Positions 1 to 9,720 are shown, counted from the stretch's first letter. The stretch is 64,000 nt of DNA from Candidatus Dormiibacterota bacterium (GCA_963718525.1 OY970355.1:928001-992000); one strand, 5' to 3'. Notes: a model not told the origin generated them from the sequence alone. Translations and numbers: made by a program.

Positions 1-1
1 G

Positions 2-280
2 TCGGACCCGGAATCCGGGCGCAAGCTCCAGGCGGCTGCGCCACTGGTCTGGCGGATGCTCCTCGATGCACGGGAGAAAGGCGCGCTGCGCTTCGACTTC
101 TGGGGCATCCATCCCGTTGGCGGGACAGCGGACGGGGCAGCACCGCATCCGTGGGACGGTTTTTCGCAATTCAAGCGGTCGTTCGGCGGCAAGGCGGTGG
201 AACGCGCCGGCACCTGGGACCTCGGAGTCCGTTCATTGCGCCACAGCCTGTATCGCGCGGCCGTGCGGCTGCGGCGATGA
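2..280 (+). CDS. FemABX-family peptidoglycan interpeptide bridge aminoacyltransferase, C-terminal fragment (5' truncated by window)
   Basis: FDFWGI...WDGFSQFKRSFGG...GTWD motifs typical of the FemABX C-terminus; TGA overlaps the ATG of the next paralog. Confidence 0.8.
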   Translation, partial: SDPESGRKLQAAAPLVWRMLLDAREKGALRFDFWGIHPVGGTADGAAPHPWDGFSQFKRSFGGKAVERAGTWDLGVRSLRHSLYRAAVRLRR

Positions 281-1317
281 GACCGGCAAACCCGGAGGAG
301 CTCGGACGCTGGGACGAGTTCGTCGTCGCCAACCCGGATGGCGGACAGATCCTGCAGACGCGCGCGTGGGGGGAATTCAAGCGCAGGCATCGCTGGCTGC
401 CCAGCTACCTGCTCTCGGAAACCCAGCCGTCAGTGGCGGTCCTCGAGCTTCGCCATTCGGTGCCAGGGCTTGGTGTCCTGGGGTACGTCCCCAAAGGGCC
501 GGGTGTGTCAGACCTCGGGCGGTTGCCGGCCGTCCTCGACGGGCTCCGCGCGACGGCCGGTTCCGCATTCGCGATCAAGGTTGAGCCGGAGATCGAGCAG
601 AGCCAGGATGCAACGGCGGCACTCGGCGCCATGGGCCTCGAGAAGTCGCGTCACGATGTGCAGATCAGCAGGGCGACGATCATCGTGGACCTCCGTCCCG
701 ATGAGGACGCGCTCCTCGCTTCGTTCAAGCCGAAATGCCGATACAACATCCGCCTGGCGGACCGCCGCGGGGTGACGGTGGCGCCCGTGCCGCTCGACGA
801 CGAGAGCATCGCCACCATGTACTCGCTGATGGCGTCGACACGCGATCGCGCCGGGTTCACGCTGCGCAGCAAGGAGTATTTCTCGCAGTACTGGCGTCTT
901 CACGCCGCCGCCGGTCAGGGTCAGCTGTTCTTTGCCTCACTCGACGGCGAGGTGCTCGCCGGGGTCTTCGCCACCTACCTGGGCCGGAAAGCCTGGTATA
1001 AGGACGGCGGATCAACCAAGGAGCACGCCGCGGTGATGGCACCGCACCTGCTCCAGTGGGAGGTCATGCGCTGGCTCCGGTCGCGCGGCGTCGAAGCCTA
1101 TGACCTGGTCGCCGTGCCTCCTGCCGCCGAGCTCACCCCGGCGCACCCCCTGTACGGGTTATATCGCTTCAAGTCCGGATTCAGCGAGCGCATCACCGAG
1201 TACGTGGGCACGTGGGACCTGCCGATCCGCCGCAGTCGCCATGCGGCGTGGACTGCGGTTGGCGAGCGAGCCGCCCACCAGTGGGCGTATCGCGTGCGCC
1301 ACGACCTGCTCTACTAG
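277..1317 (+). CDS. FemABX-family peptidoglycan bridge formation aminoacyltransferase
   Basis: LQTRAWGEFK, YVPKGP, KCRYNIRLA, LLQWEVMRW, GLYRFKSGF motifs; ATG at 277 in ATGA overlap. Confidence 0.88.
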   Translation: MRPANPEELGRWDEFVVANPDGGQILQTRAWGEFKRRHRWLPSYLLSETQPSVAVLELRHSVPGLGVLGYVPKGPGVSDLGRLPAVLDGLRATAGSAFAIKVEPEIEQSQDATAALGAMGLEKSRHDVQISRATIIVDLRPDEDALLASFKPKCRYNIRLADRRGVTVAPVPLDDESIATMYSLMASTRDRAGFTLRSKEYFSQYWRLHAAAGQGQLFFASLDGEVLAGVFATYLGRKAWYKDGGSTKEHAAVMAPHLLQWEVMRWLRSRGVEAYDLVAVPPAAELTPAHPLYGLYRFKSGFSERITEYVGTWDLPIRRSRHAAWTAVGERAAHQWAYRVRHDLLY

Positions 1318-2609
1318 CGCCAGATCCTCTTCATGATCACCTTCGACAGCTTCTCCGGGTCGTGGTGGGTCGAGATCTGGGACGACGCGACGTCCGCAAG
1401 GATGTAATTCACAGGCTGGAGTGTCGCCTGGTCGCGGTCGAACCCGACGCGGGTGACCCCGGCTTCAACCGCCGACGGTGGCAGCGGCAGCCCCACGTTG
1501 CTGTTGACGATCACGTAGTCGAACAGGCTCACGCCCACGTGGTCCTCGATGGTCTTGAGGTGCTCGCTCACCGAGAAACCCATGGTCTCTCCGGGCTGGC
1601 CGGCGATGTTGCACACGTAGACCTTCACGGCGGGACTCGCCCGTAGTGCTTCGACCATGCCCTCGATCAGCAGGTTGGGGAGGATCGACGTGTAGAGGGA
1701 TCCCGGCCCGACGATGATCAGCTCCGCGGCCAGGATCGCGCTCTCCGCTTCGGGGTTGATCTCGGCGTCCGCCGGCTCGAGGAAGACGCGGTCAATCTGG
1801 TCGACACCGTAGGGGACCTTCGACTCGCCGACTCTCAGCTCGCTCCCGGCGGTGGCGCAGAGCACGACATCGCGAAGCGTGGATGGCACGATCTGACCGC
1901 GGACGGCCAGAACCCTACCGGACTCCCGGATCGCGTGCTCGAAGTCACCGGTGATCTCCGCCATCGCGGTGATGAAGAGATTGCCGAAGGAATGACCTGA
2001 GAGCGCGCCCTCTCCGCCAAACCGGTACTGGAACAGCTCGGTCATCAGGGGCTCGGTCTCGGCAAGCGCGGTGAGGCACTGGCGGATGTCGCCCGGGGGC
2101 AGGACGCGATACTCCTCGCGCAGCCGGCCGCTGGACCCTCCATCGTCGGCGACCGTCACGATCGCGACGATGTTCCCTGTGTACTTCTTCACGCCTCTGA
2201 GCAGAGCGGAGAGGCCGGTGCCGCCGCCGATCGCCACGAGGCGCGGACCCTTGGCCAGCGAGCGGAACTTGAAGAGCTGCTCAGCCAGGCCGCGGTTGGT
2301 GCTGCCGCGCCCGGGCAGGAACGGTCCGAGGATCGACTGGCCGAGCTTGTAGAAGCTCAGGATGATGAGCCCGATGCCGACCAGCGCGAACATGAGCGCG
2401 CGAACCAGGCGCGGCAGGAACTGCAGCGTCAGGTCGCCGACCCAGTTCGGAAAGTGGATCTGCGCGCTGTAGAGATCACGCAGCAGGTAGCCCGCGGCGA
2501 GGCCGATCATCACGATCGCCACGAACAGGAGCAGCAACCAGCGTTTGACGTGAAGCCCCGGCGTGAACCAGCGCATCAGGTTCGTGCTCGGGCGGATTCG
2601 TACCTTCAT
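1314..2609 (-). CDS. yvcK: YvcK/CuvA-family UDP-GlcNAc-binding protein (gluconeogenesis factor) with N-terminal membrane segments
   Basis: AIGGGTGLS, VTVADDGGSSGRLR, PPGDIR, GHSFGNL, GPGSLYTS motifs. Confidence 0.9.
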   Translation of the reverse strand: MKVRIRPSTNLMRWFTPGLHVKRWLLLLFVAIVMIGLAAGYLLRDLYSAQIHFPNWVGDLTLQFLPRLVRALMFALVGIGLIILSFYKLGQSILGPFLPGRGSTNRGLAEQLFKFRSLAKGPRLVAIGGGTGLSALLRGVKKYTGNIVAIVTVADDGGSSGRLREEYRVLPPGDIRQCLTALAETEPLMTELFQYRFGGEGALSGHSFGNLFITAMAEITGDFEHAIRESGRVLAVRGQIVPSTLRDVVLCATAGSELRVGESKVPYGVDQIDRVFLEPADAEINPEAESAILAAELIIVGPGSLYTSILPNLLIEGMVEALRASPAVKVYVCNIAGQPGETMGFSVSEHLKTIEDHVGVSLFDYVIVNSNVGLPLPPSAVEAGVTRVGFDRDQATLQPVNYILADVASSQISTHHDPEKLSKVIMKRIWR

Positions 2610-2671
2610 ACCGCGTCCCGATTCTGGCACTTCGGCTCCCGCGTGCCCGCGATCCGGGAAGGTGGGCCGCT

Positions 2672-3709
2672 TTAGAGAGTGGTCCGGCTCTCCCCTTTCG
2701 ATGCCAATTCAACCGGGTCGCGGCGGCGGCGCAGCTTTGCCAGGTTGTGCTCGGCTTCGATGTATCTCGCGGTTCCGGAGTACGACCGCATCACCAGGCT
2801 CTGGGTGTGGCAGCGGTCCTCGCCGAGAAACCGGACCCCCTCGAGAAGCTCGCCGCTGGTGATCCCGGTCGCCGCGAAGAACACGTTGTCGCCGGAAACG
2901 AGGTCGTCGAGCTCGAGGACATCGCCGGCGTGCTTGCCCTCACGCTCCTCGACGCCGTGTTCGGTCTCGCCGACCCAGATCCGCGCCTGCATGCCGCCTC
3001 CGATGCATTTGATGCCACACGCGGCGAGCACTGCCTCCGGAGCGCCCCCGATTCCCATGAGCACGTCGATGCCGGTGCGGTGCTCCATCGCGGCCATGAG
3101 GCCCGCGGCGACGTCGCCGTCCATGATCAGCTTCACCCGCGCGCCGGCCGATCGAATCTCCTCGAGGAGCGCCTCGTGGCGTTCGCGGTCGAGGACGACT
3201 ACGGTCAGGTCCTCGACGCGACGGTCCTCGGCTCTTGCGATCCGTTTCAGGTTCTGCGCCACCGGTGCCGTGATGTCGATCACGCGGGCCGCCGCCGGTC
3301 CGACGATCAGCTTCTCCATGTAGTGGAGGTGGGTGTGGAACATGGAGCCCCGCTCGGCGAGCGCCACCGTCGCTATCCCACCCGGAATGCCCCGCGCGAC
3401 CAGCCTGGTCCCGTCGATCGGATCCACCGCGACGTCGACCGCCGGGGGGTTGCCGTTGCCGACCTGCTCGCCGATGTAGAGCATCGGGGCCTCATCCTTC
3501 TCGCCCTCGCCGATGACCACGACGCCGTCCATGTCGACGAACCCGAGGCTGCGTCGCATCGAATCGACCGCGGCCTGGTCCGCCTGCTCCTTCTGGTTGC
3601 GCCCCATGTGCCGAGCCGCGGCCATTGCTGCGCCCTCCGTGACGCGGACCAGCTCGAGGGCAAGGTTGCGGTCAATCGGTGTCCCCAGGTCGCGAGGCCG
3701 CGTTGCCAT
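2672..3709 (-). CDS. glpX: Class II fructose-1,6-bisphosphatase
   Basis: RNLALELVRVTE, VVIGEGEKDEAPMLYIGE, VDPIDGT, GIGGAPE, FAATGIT. Confidence 0.95.
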   Translation of the reverse strand: MATRPRDLGTPIDRNLALELVRVTEGAAMAAARHMGRNQKEQADQAAVDSMRRSLGFVDMDGVVVIGEGEKDEAPMLYIGEQVGNGNPPAVDVAVDPIDGTRLVARGIPGGIATVALAERGSMFHTHLHYMEKLIVGPAAARVIDITAPVAQNLKRIARAEDRRVEDLTVVVLDRERHEALLEEIRSAGARVKLIMDGDVAAGLMAAMEHRTGIDVLMGIGGAPEAVLAACGIKCIGGGMQARIWVGETEHGVEEREGKHAGDVLELDDLVSGDNVFFAATGITSGELLEGVRFLGEDRCHTQSLVMRSYSGTARYIEAEHNLAKLRRRRDPVELASKGESRTTL

Positions 3710-3719
3710 CAGCCCGCGA

Positions 3720-4577
3720 TCATACGGCGCGGGTCCGGGTGAGCCCAGCGGTGCCGAAGGCGACGATGGCGTCGGCGGCGCACCGGATGCCTTCGCCAAG
3801 CGCGGCGTCGAGCGCGGCGTCATCGGTGCTCTCGACCTTCGCGACGTGGCCGAGGAATCCTCCGGCCAGGGCGTCGCCGGCGCCGGTCGGATCGATGACG
3901 TCCGCCACCGGGGCAGCGGGCCGCTCGGCGATCCGGTCCGCCGTGACGCACGCAGCGCCGCGGGGGCCCATCTTCACCACGACTGCCCGCAGCCGCCCTC
4001 TGCCGCAGAGCGCGGCAGCCGACCGGCGCCAATCCTCGATTCCGGTGAGTGCCCCGAGCTCGGCCTCGGTGAGGAAGAGAACGTCCACTCGCTCGACCAC
4101 AGCGCTGAGCGCATCAGGGCGGCTGTCGATGAACTCGGTCATGGAGTCGGCGCCGATGAAGCGCGCCGCTGATTGATCGATCACGGCTCGTTGGAGGCCT
4201 GGATCCATGCTTCCGACAAAGAAGACCTCGGCGCGGCGCGACCTCGCCGTCAGCACCGGTTCCCACTCTGGATCGCAACCAGGCTCTGACGACTCGCGCG
4301 ACGTCGCCCAGCGCTCGAAGTCGTGCACCGCATGCCATCGGAACGTCGGTGATTCGCTCACCACCAAACCCTCGAGGTCGATGTCCTCACCGGCGAGGAT
4401 CCGGCGGTATTCGTCGACCGTGTCGCGGCCCACGATGCCGTTGAGGTGCACCGGAGCAGAGCGCGACGCAGCGAGCGCGAAGTACACCGCCGACCCTCCG
4501 AGCGCGTCGTTCCTGCCTGCGGGGGTGGTCAGATCGTCGCTGTGCAGCGTGCCGGCGACCGCGACCTCCCAGGCCAC
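3720..4577 (-). CDS. PfkB-family carbohydrate/nucleoside kinase
   Basis: LGGSA, VVKMGPRGA, DPTGAGDALAGGF signature; GTG start inferred. Confidence 0.88.
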   Translation of the reverse strand: MAWEVAVAGTLHSDDLTTPAGRNDALGGSAVYFALAASRSAPVHLNGIVGRDTVDEYRRILAGEDIDLEGLVVSESPTFRWHAVHDFERWATSRESSEPGCDPEWEPVLTARSRRAEVFFVGSMDPGLQRAVIDQSAARFIGADSMTEFIDSRPDALSAVVERVDVLFLTEAELGALTGIEDWRRSAAALCGRGRLRAVVVKMGPRGAACVTADRIAERPAAPVADVIDPTGAGDALAGGFLGHVAKVESTDDAALDAALGEGIRCAADAIVAFGTAGLTRTRAV

Positions 4578-4590
4578 GTCGGAAGTGGCG

Positions 4591-4998
4591 TCAGCCTGCG
4601 GCCGCGGTGCGGTTCCGCTCGCCGAAGAGCGGAATGATCGGCGCGAGCCTTGGGCGCCGCGAGTCGACGGCGCGCATGAGCAGCACCTCCTGCGCCTCGA
4701 AGAGGATGTCGGCCACGTGGTCGGGGTTGCGGTCGATGCCCAGCCGGTCGCGCAGGCCCGGGTCCACCGCACCCACAGCGCGGACGACGGCACTCCAGAG
4801 GGCGGCCGGGATCAGTCTGAACGAGCGCATCCGGCATTCCTCGATGAGGTCGATGAGCACGTCGGCCTCGCGCACACGTAGACGGGTACGGGAGATGCGC
4901 TCTCGCCTGAAAGCCGCCTCACGTTCCACGCGGGCGATCTCCAGGCACGTCCGCTCCATCGGACCGGGCTGTGTCTGGCGAGTGGCGGCCGCGTGCAT
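4591..4998 (-). CDS. Hypothetical protein
   Basis: 135-aa ORF filling the gap, co-oriented with neighbours; no recognised motif. Confidence 0.6.
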   Translation of the reverse strand: MHAAATRQTQPGPMERTCLEIARVEREAAFRRERISRTRLRVREADVLIDLIEECRMRSFRLIPAALWSAVVRAVGAVDPGLRDRLGIDRNPDHVADILFEAQEVLLMRAVDSRRPRLAPIIPLFGERNRTAAAG

Positions 4999-5049
4999 CA
5001 GCGGATTGTCCCACGCCCGGCTGGGACTGCGAAGTTCGGTTGACTGCTG

Positions 5050-5700
5050 TTACACGGGATAGCAGATGGAGCGCCAGCGTCCACCGCCGGGAACGAGGTG
5101 CACCACCCGCTTGATCCTGGCAACCGGTTCAGGGTCTCCCACCTCGTACTCGACGTCGAGCTCCGCGACATCGTGGTACGTCCTGCCCCGCGACGTCTCG
5201 ATCCACTCGGGCAGGTAGCGGACCTCTTTGACGCTCACTCCGCGCAGGCGGCGCATCGCAGATGCTCCCTGCGCCTCGGCGAAAGCCTCGGGCGAGCCCC
5301 AGCTCAGCTGGCAGTCCTCGCTGAGCAGCGAGAAGGCGCGCCGATACTGGTTCGCACGCATCAGCTCGACGAAAAGCGCCTCGCTGAAGGCGGGGTTGCC
5401 TGGAGGCCTGCTGCCGATCGGCGCGCGGCCGCGTTCGTGCGCATCGACGAGCGCTGCGGCTCGACGGGACGTGACGTTGGCGGTCTCGCTACCGGCCCAG
5501 AACGACCTGGTCGCCGCGTCGACCTGGGTCGGCCGCGGCGCCGGCGCGGCGACCTGCGGCGCGGCTGCGACCGACGTCCGGCGATCCGGCCGGCGCAGCC
5601 AACGGGTGAAGCGACTGCCGTCGAAGCGCCCGCGTCGCGGACGCTCGGTGCCGATCAGGACGTGGGGTGGCAGCGGCATCGCCGGGGCCAGTGTACGCAA
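5050..5700 (-). CDS. Hypothetical protein (C-terminal region may be NTF2-like)
   Basis: ORF ending ...YRRAFSLLS...VVHLVPGGGRW; start uncertain (5700 or 5679). Confidence 0.6.
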   Translation of the reverse strand: MRTLAPAMPLPPHVLIGTERPRRGRFDGSRFTRWLRRPDRRTSVAAAPQVAAPAPRPTQVDAATRSFWAGSETANVTSRRAAALVDAHERGRAPIGSRPPGNPAFSEALFVELMRANQYRRAFSLLSEDCQLSWGSPEAFAEAQGASAMRRLRGVSVKEVRYLPEWIETSRGRTYHDVAELDVEYEVGDPEPVARIKRVVHLVPGGGRWRSICYPV

Positions 5701-5756
5701 CCTGGTGATGCGGGCGAGGGCGGGCAGGCGGGCAGGGTCTTTCCCTACGATGCGCG

Positions 5757-6137
5757 GTGATGCCGCCAGCCCGCGCCCGCATCCTGATCGCAGAAGATGA
5801 GGCCGCCGTCGCTCAGCAGGTTATCAACCGTTTCACGGTTCGTGGGCACGACGTTCGCTGGTCGAAGGCCATTCGCGAAGTGCGCGCTGAGCTCTCCGCA
5901 TTCGACCCCGACGTGCTGATTCTCGACGCCACCCTCGACACCGACGGGCTCGAGCTGTTCCAGGCCATTCGCTTTGCGCCCGAACACCCTCGCGCGGGTG
6001 TGGTCATCCTCACCGCTGCCGGTGACATCGGCGCGAGGGAGCGCGCCCAGCAGCTCGGCGCCGCGGCCGTGATGATGAAACCGGTGCGCAACGATGAGCT
6101 CGTGGAGATCGTCGAGGATCTGCTGACCTACATCTGA
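5757..6137 (+). CDS. Single-domain response regulator (receiver)
   Basis: ILIAEDE, LILD (phospho-Asp), VVILTA, MKP. Confidence 0.88.
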   Translation: MMPPARARILIAEDEAAVAQQVINRFTVRGHDVRWSKAIREVRAELSAFDPDVLILDATLDTDGLELFQAIRFAPEHPRAGVVILTAAGDIGARERAQQLGAAAVMMKPVRNDELVEIVEDLLTYI

Positions 6138-6157
6138 CCGCGGGTGGATCGTTCGGA

Positions 6158-6700
6158 TCATCGCGCCAGCGCCGAGTACACGATGATCATCAACTGGCCG
6201 CCGATCCAGAAAACGAGAATCGCCCAGACGTAGGCTGGAACGCTGGCCGTCTGGTTGTAGTAGGTCACCACTGGCCGCTCGGTCATGATCACGATCGCCA
6301 GCGCGTCGATGAGCAGGAAGATCAGCGTGACGATGAGCCCCGGGACATCGACTCCGTTCCCCACGATCGCCCCAACCACCAACGAGATTGCAGCGAGCGC
6401 GATTGCGGCCGCGAGGGTGCCGATCTGAGCCAACCGGATCCAGGCGTGCTTTCGGGTGAGCAGCGAGGCGATGATGATCAGCGTCGCCGCGAGGCACGCC
6501 GCCGAGACTGCTCCAATCACCTGCACGGCCAGCGGCAGGGACGCCGTGCCCCCGGACCCGGTGGCGACGCCGCCCGCGAATGACGCCAGTGCTCCGAAGA
6601 GAGCGAGGATCGCGAGCGCGAGATCCCATGTGTAGACGAACAGCACCGCGCCCGGGCGGTGTTCCTGCTCGTCGTCTCGCGATGTCACCGAGTTCGGCAC
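6158..6700 (-). CDS. Integral membrane hypothetical protein (about 5 TM segments)
   Basis: Multiple hydrophobic segments; GTG at 6700 lies 6 nt after a CATCAT -10-like hexamer. Confidence 0.7.
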   Translation of the reverse strand: MPNSVTSRDDEQEHRPGAVLFVYTWDLALAILALFGALASFAGGVATGSGGTASLPLAVQVIGAVSAACLAATLIIIASLLTRKHAWIRLAQIGTLAAAIALAAISLVVGAIVGNGVDVPGLIVTLIFLLIDALAIVIMTERPVVTYYNQTASVPAYVWAILVFWIGGQLMIIVYSALAR

Positions 6701-6762
6701 GCGGCGATGATGCCATCGCACCAACGGGTCGCCGCTTCGGGGTCGCGACGTACGCTTCGGTC

Positions 6763-7824
6763 ATGACCACTGTCGTCGTCCTGCGTGGAGATCAGACCGG
6801 CCAGGAGCTTCTCGACGAAGCACTCCGGGTCATCAACCCGGACGTGATCCACGTGGACCTCGAGCTGCAGACCTTCGACCTCTCGCTCGAGCATCGCCGC
6901 GAGACCCGGAACGCCGTCGTGGCAGAGGCGGCGGACGCGATGCGGGTCACCGGCTTCGGATTGAAAGCGGCGACGGTCACGCCGGTTGACCGTGGCGACG
7001 TCGGCAGCCCGAACGCGCTGCTTCGGGAGCGGGTCGGCGGGCGGGTCATCCTTCGCACCGGTCAGCGAATCCCCGGCGTCGCCGGGATCGCCGGGGTCAG
7101 CGCCCCGATCAGCATCGTTCGAATGGCGGTGGACGACGCGTACAACGCCAGGGAATGGCGCGAATCGAGCGACGGCGACGAGATCGCCTTCCGCACCGAG
7201 CACATATCGCGCGCCACCTGCCGTGCAGTTGCCGAGTTCGCCTTCGTCCATGCCGGGCGCATGCATGCCCGAGTCTTCGGTGGTCCCAAGTTCACCGTCT
7301 CGCGGATCTACGAGGGCATGTTCAAGGAGGAGCTCGATGCCGCGGCCGGACGTCACCCGGAGGTTGATTACGAACCCCAGCTGATCGACGCGACGTATGC
7401 GTTGCTCTTCAGCCGGGCCGGCGATCCCCTGGTGATTCCGGCGCTCAATCGCGACGGGGATTGCTTGAGCGACCTGGTGCTGCCGCTGTTCGGCAGCATC
7501 GCCGGTGCGGAGTCGCTGCTCCTGGGTTTTGGTGAGGATCCGCTGGTGCCGTCGGTGGTGATGGCCGAGGCCCCGCACGGCACCGCGCCGAGCCTCCAGG
7601 GCAAGAACGTCGCCAACCCGATGGCGATGATCCTGGCCGCGGCCGCGCTCCTCGGATTCGCGTCGGACCCCCGATGCCGCCTGGTGTCGAAGGTGATCCG
7701 CGACGCACTCTTCGACACCCTTCGGGCCGGGATCTCGACACCCGATCTCGGCGGCCAGGCATCCACCACCGGGTTCACCAACTCGGTCATCGAGCGGGTG
7801 CGGGCGGCGCTCGAGACGGCGTGA
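6763..7824 (+). CDS. Isocitrate/isopropylmalate dehydrogenase family protein
   Basis: KAATVTP, SPNALLR, GDCLSDL, EAPHGTAPSLQGKNVANPMAMILA, TPDLGG. Confidence 0.9.
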   Translation: MTTVVVLRGDQTGQELLDEALRVINPDVIHVDLELQTFDLSLEHRRETRNAVVAEAADAMRVTGFGLKAATVTPVDRGDVGSPNALLRERVGGRVILRTGQRIPGVAGIAGVSAPISIVRMAVDDAYNAREWRESSDGDEIAFRTEHISRATCRAVAEFAFVHAGRMHARVFGGPKFTVSRIYEGMFKEELDAAAGRHPEVDYEPQLIDATYALLFSRAGDPLVIPALNRDGDCLSDLVLPLFGSIAGAESLLLGFGEDPLVPSVVMAEAPHGTAPSLQGKNVANPMAMILAAAALLGFASDPRCRLVSKVIRDALFDTLRAGISTPDLGGQASTTGFTNSVIERVRAALETA

Positions 7825-8993
7825 TGACCCGCATCCACCTGGACCACGCAGCGACGACCCCCCTCGCGGTTCAGGTGCTCGGTGAGATGTTGCCGTACCT
7901 GACAACAACTCAGGGGAACCCGTCATCGGTGCACGCATCAGGGCGCGCTGCGCGCTCCGCGGTCGACGCGGCCCGCGACCGGATCGCGGCGGTGCTCGGT
8001 TGCGCGCACCGCGAGGTCGTCTTCACCGGATCGGGCACCGAGGCCGACAACCTCGCGATGCGCGGGGTGGTGGAGCGATGGGGCGCGGAGCGCGGCCATC
8101 ACCTGGTGGTGAGTGCGATCGAGCACGATGCAATCCTCGAGACCGCGCGGCATCTCGAGGAAGCAGGTCTGGCCACGCATACCGTCACCGCCTGCGATCG
8201 AGAGTGCCGCGTCGACCCTGCCGCCGTTGCGGCGGTCGTCACCTCCGAGACCGTCCTGGTTTCCGTCATGTTCGTCAATAACGAGACCGGTGCCGTCCAG
8301 GATGTCGCGGCGATCGCCGAGGCGGTGCGCCGGCGCAATCCGAGGACGCTGATCCACACTGACGCCGTGCAGGCGTTCGGCAGGATCCCGTTCCAACCCG
8401 AGGTGCTCGGCGTCGACCTGCTCTCGCTTTCCGCACACAAGATTTACGGGCCGAAGGGCGTGGGCGCGCTGTGGGTGCGCCATGGGGTGGCACTCGCCGC
8501 CCAGAACACCGGCGGTGGCCAGGAGCGCAACCGGCGAAGCGCCACCGAGAACGTCGCGGGCATCGTCGGCTTCGCCGCGGCAGCCGAGCTTGCCGAACGG
8601 CTCCGCGTCGATGAGGCCGGCCGCCAGACGATGCTGTGTGAGCGACTGATCGCGGCCGTGACGGAAACCGTCCCGGACGCGATCGTGACCGCGGCCGGCG
8701 CTGCCAAGGCGGCCGGGTTTGCCACGTTTGCCTTTCCGGGCGTCCGGAGCGATGTGCTCCTCGCGGCCCTCGACATGGACGGAGTTGAAGCCTCGGCCGG
8801 GTCCGCATGCGCCAGCGGGGCGCCACTGCCTTCGCACGTCCTCCGGGCGATGGGCTACCCCGACGATCTCGCCGCCGGAGCGCTGCGCTGCACCACCGGC
8901 CGGGCCACCACCACCAGCGAGGTCGATGCGGCGGGATCGCTGATCGCCGCCGCGGTGGCACGAGTCCGAGCTAAAGTCCCAGCAAGAGCCTGA
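7824..8993 (+). CDS. iscS: Cysteine desulfurase, IscS/NifS type
   Basis: LDHAATTP, GNPSSVH, NNETG, HTDAVQ, SAHKIYGPKG, SAGSAC. Confidence 0.92.
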   Translation: MTRIHLDHAATTPLAVQVLGEMLPYLTTTQGNPSSVHASGRAARSAVDAARDRIAAVLGCAHREVVFTGSGTEADNLAMRGVVERWGAERGHHLVVSAIEHDAILETARHLEEAGLATHTVTACDRECRVDPAAVAAVVTSETVLVSVMFVNNETGAVQDVAAIAEAVRRRNPRTLIHTDAVQAFGRIPFQPEVLGVDLLSLSAHKIYGPKGVGALWVRHGVALAAQNTGGGQERNRRSATENVAGIVGFAAAAELAERLRVDEAGRQTMLCERLIAAVTETVPDAIVTAAGAAKAAGFATFAFPGVRSDVLLAALDMDGVEASAGSACASGAPLPSHVLRAMGYPDDLAAGALRCTTGRATTTSEVDAAGSLIAAAVARVRAKVPARA

Positions 8994-9050
8994 GGAAAAG
9001 TCCGGGACCGGGTTGGCGCCTCCGCGCCCACCGTGGGCTGAGCGCCCAGG

Positions 9051-9555
9051 TCAGGTCGCGGCGGGAAGCCCGATTGCGGAACGCAGCGCGGCGGCGTCGC
9101 TCGCCGCGGTGGCAAGGAGCGGGATCACCTGCTGCTGAATGGTCGCGATCACCCCGACCGCCGGTGCCGTTGCGGCCTGTTCCAGCAGCTTCTCGATGGC
9201 CGCGTCGTCGCCGAGCAGGCGGCTCACCTGGGTCGCGGCGCTTCCACTGAAGGGAATGGCCCGCAGCGCGTTGTCGTACACGATGGTCAGCTGGCGCTGG
9301 GCGCTGAGCGCGGTCTGGCAGGCGCTGAGCGCGACCGTCGCGCTGAGGGCGTCGCACGCGGTGTTCTCCATCAGGGCGATCTGCACCTCAGCAGCGTTGT
9401 AGTGGGTTGCCGCCGACGCGTACTTCGCCTGGATCTGGCTCGCGGTCAGGGGCGTGGGGGTGGGGGACGTCGAGCTCGAGGGGCCGCCACACGCCGCCAC
9501 GAGGGCGCCCGAAATCGCGAGCAGGGTCGTGAGTTCGAGCGTGGGGGGGTGGCAT
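9051..9555 (-). CDS. Putative Ala-rich lipoprotein; best ATG is one base out of frame across a C7 tract
   Basis: Lipobox LVAAC followed by Ser/Thr/Pro linker; see finding. Confidence 0.6.
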
Positions 9556-9617
9556 CGGCGCCCGCCGAGAATATCGCAGCAGTGTTCGGTCCCCTCTCTA
9601 GCACCGCGCCGGTCGGG

Positions 9618-9645
9618 TATAATTCCGACCATGACAGTAGGGATT
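9618..9645 (+). promoter_or_regulatory. -10 box (TATAAT) overlapped by an IscR/CymR-type imperfect palindrome; likely Rrf2 operator
   Basis: TATAAT 9618-9623; AATTCCGAC-CATGACA-GTAGGGATT 9621-9645. Confidence 0.65.
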
Positions 9646-9720
9646 CTCTCGAGTTCGGCGCGGAGCCCCTCCCACCGGCACACATCCGATCCCAGCGCGC
9701 CGCCCGCAGCATCGTTTTCG

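Noticed and set aside
8991-9010. GAGGAAAAGTCCGGG resembling the RNase P RNA motif GAGGAAAGTCC
   Set aside because: Has an extra A, lies in a gap under 60 nt, and no other rnpB conserved regions follow
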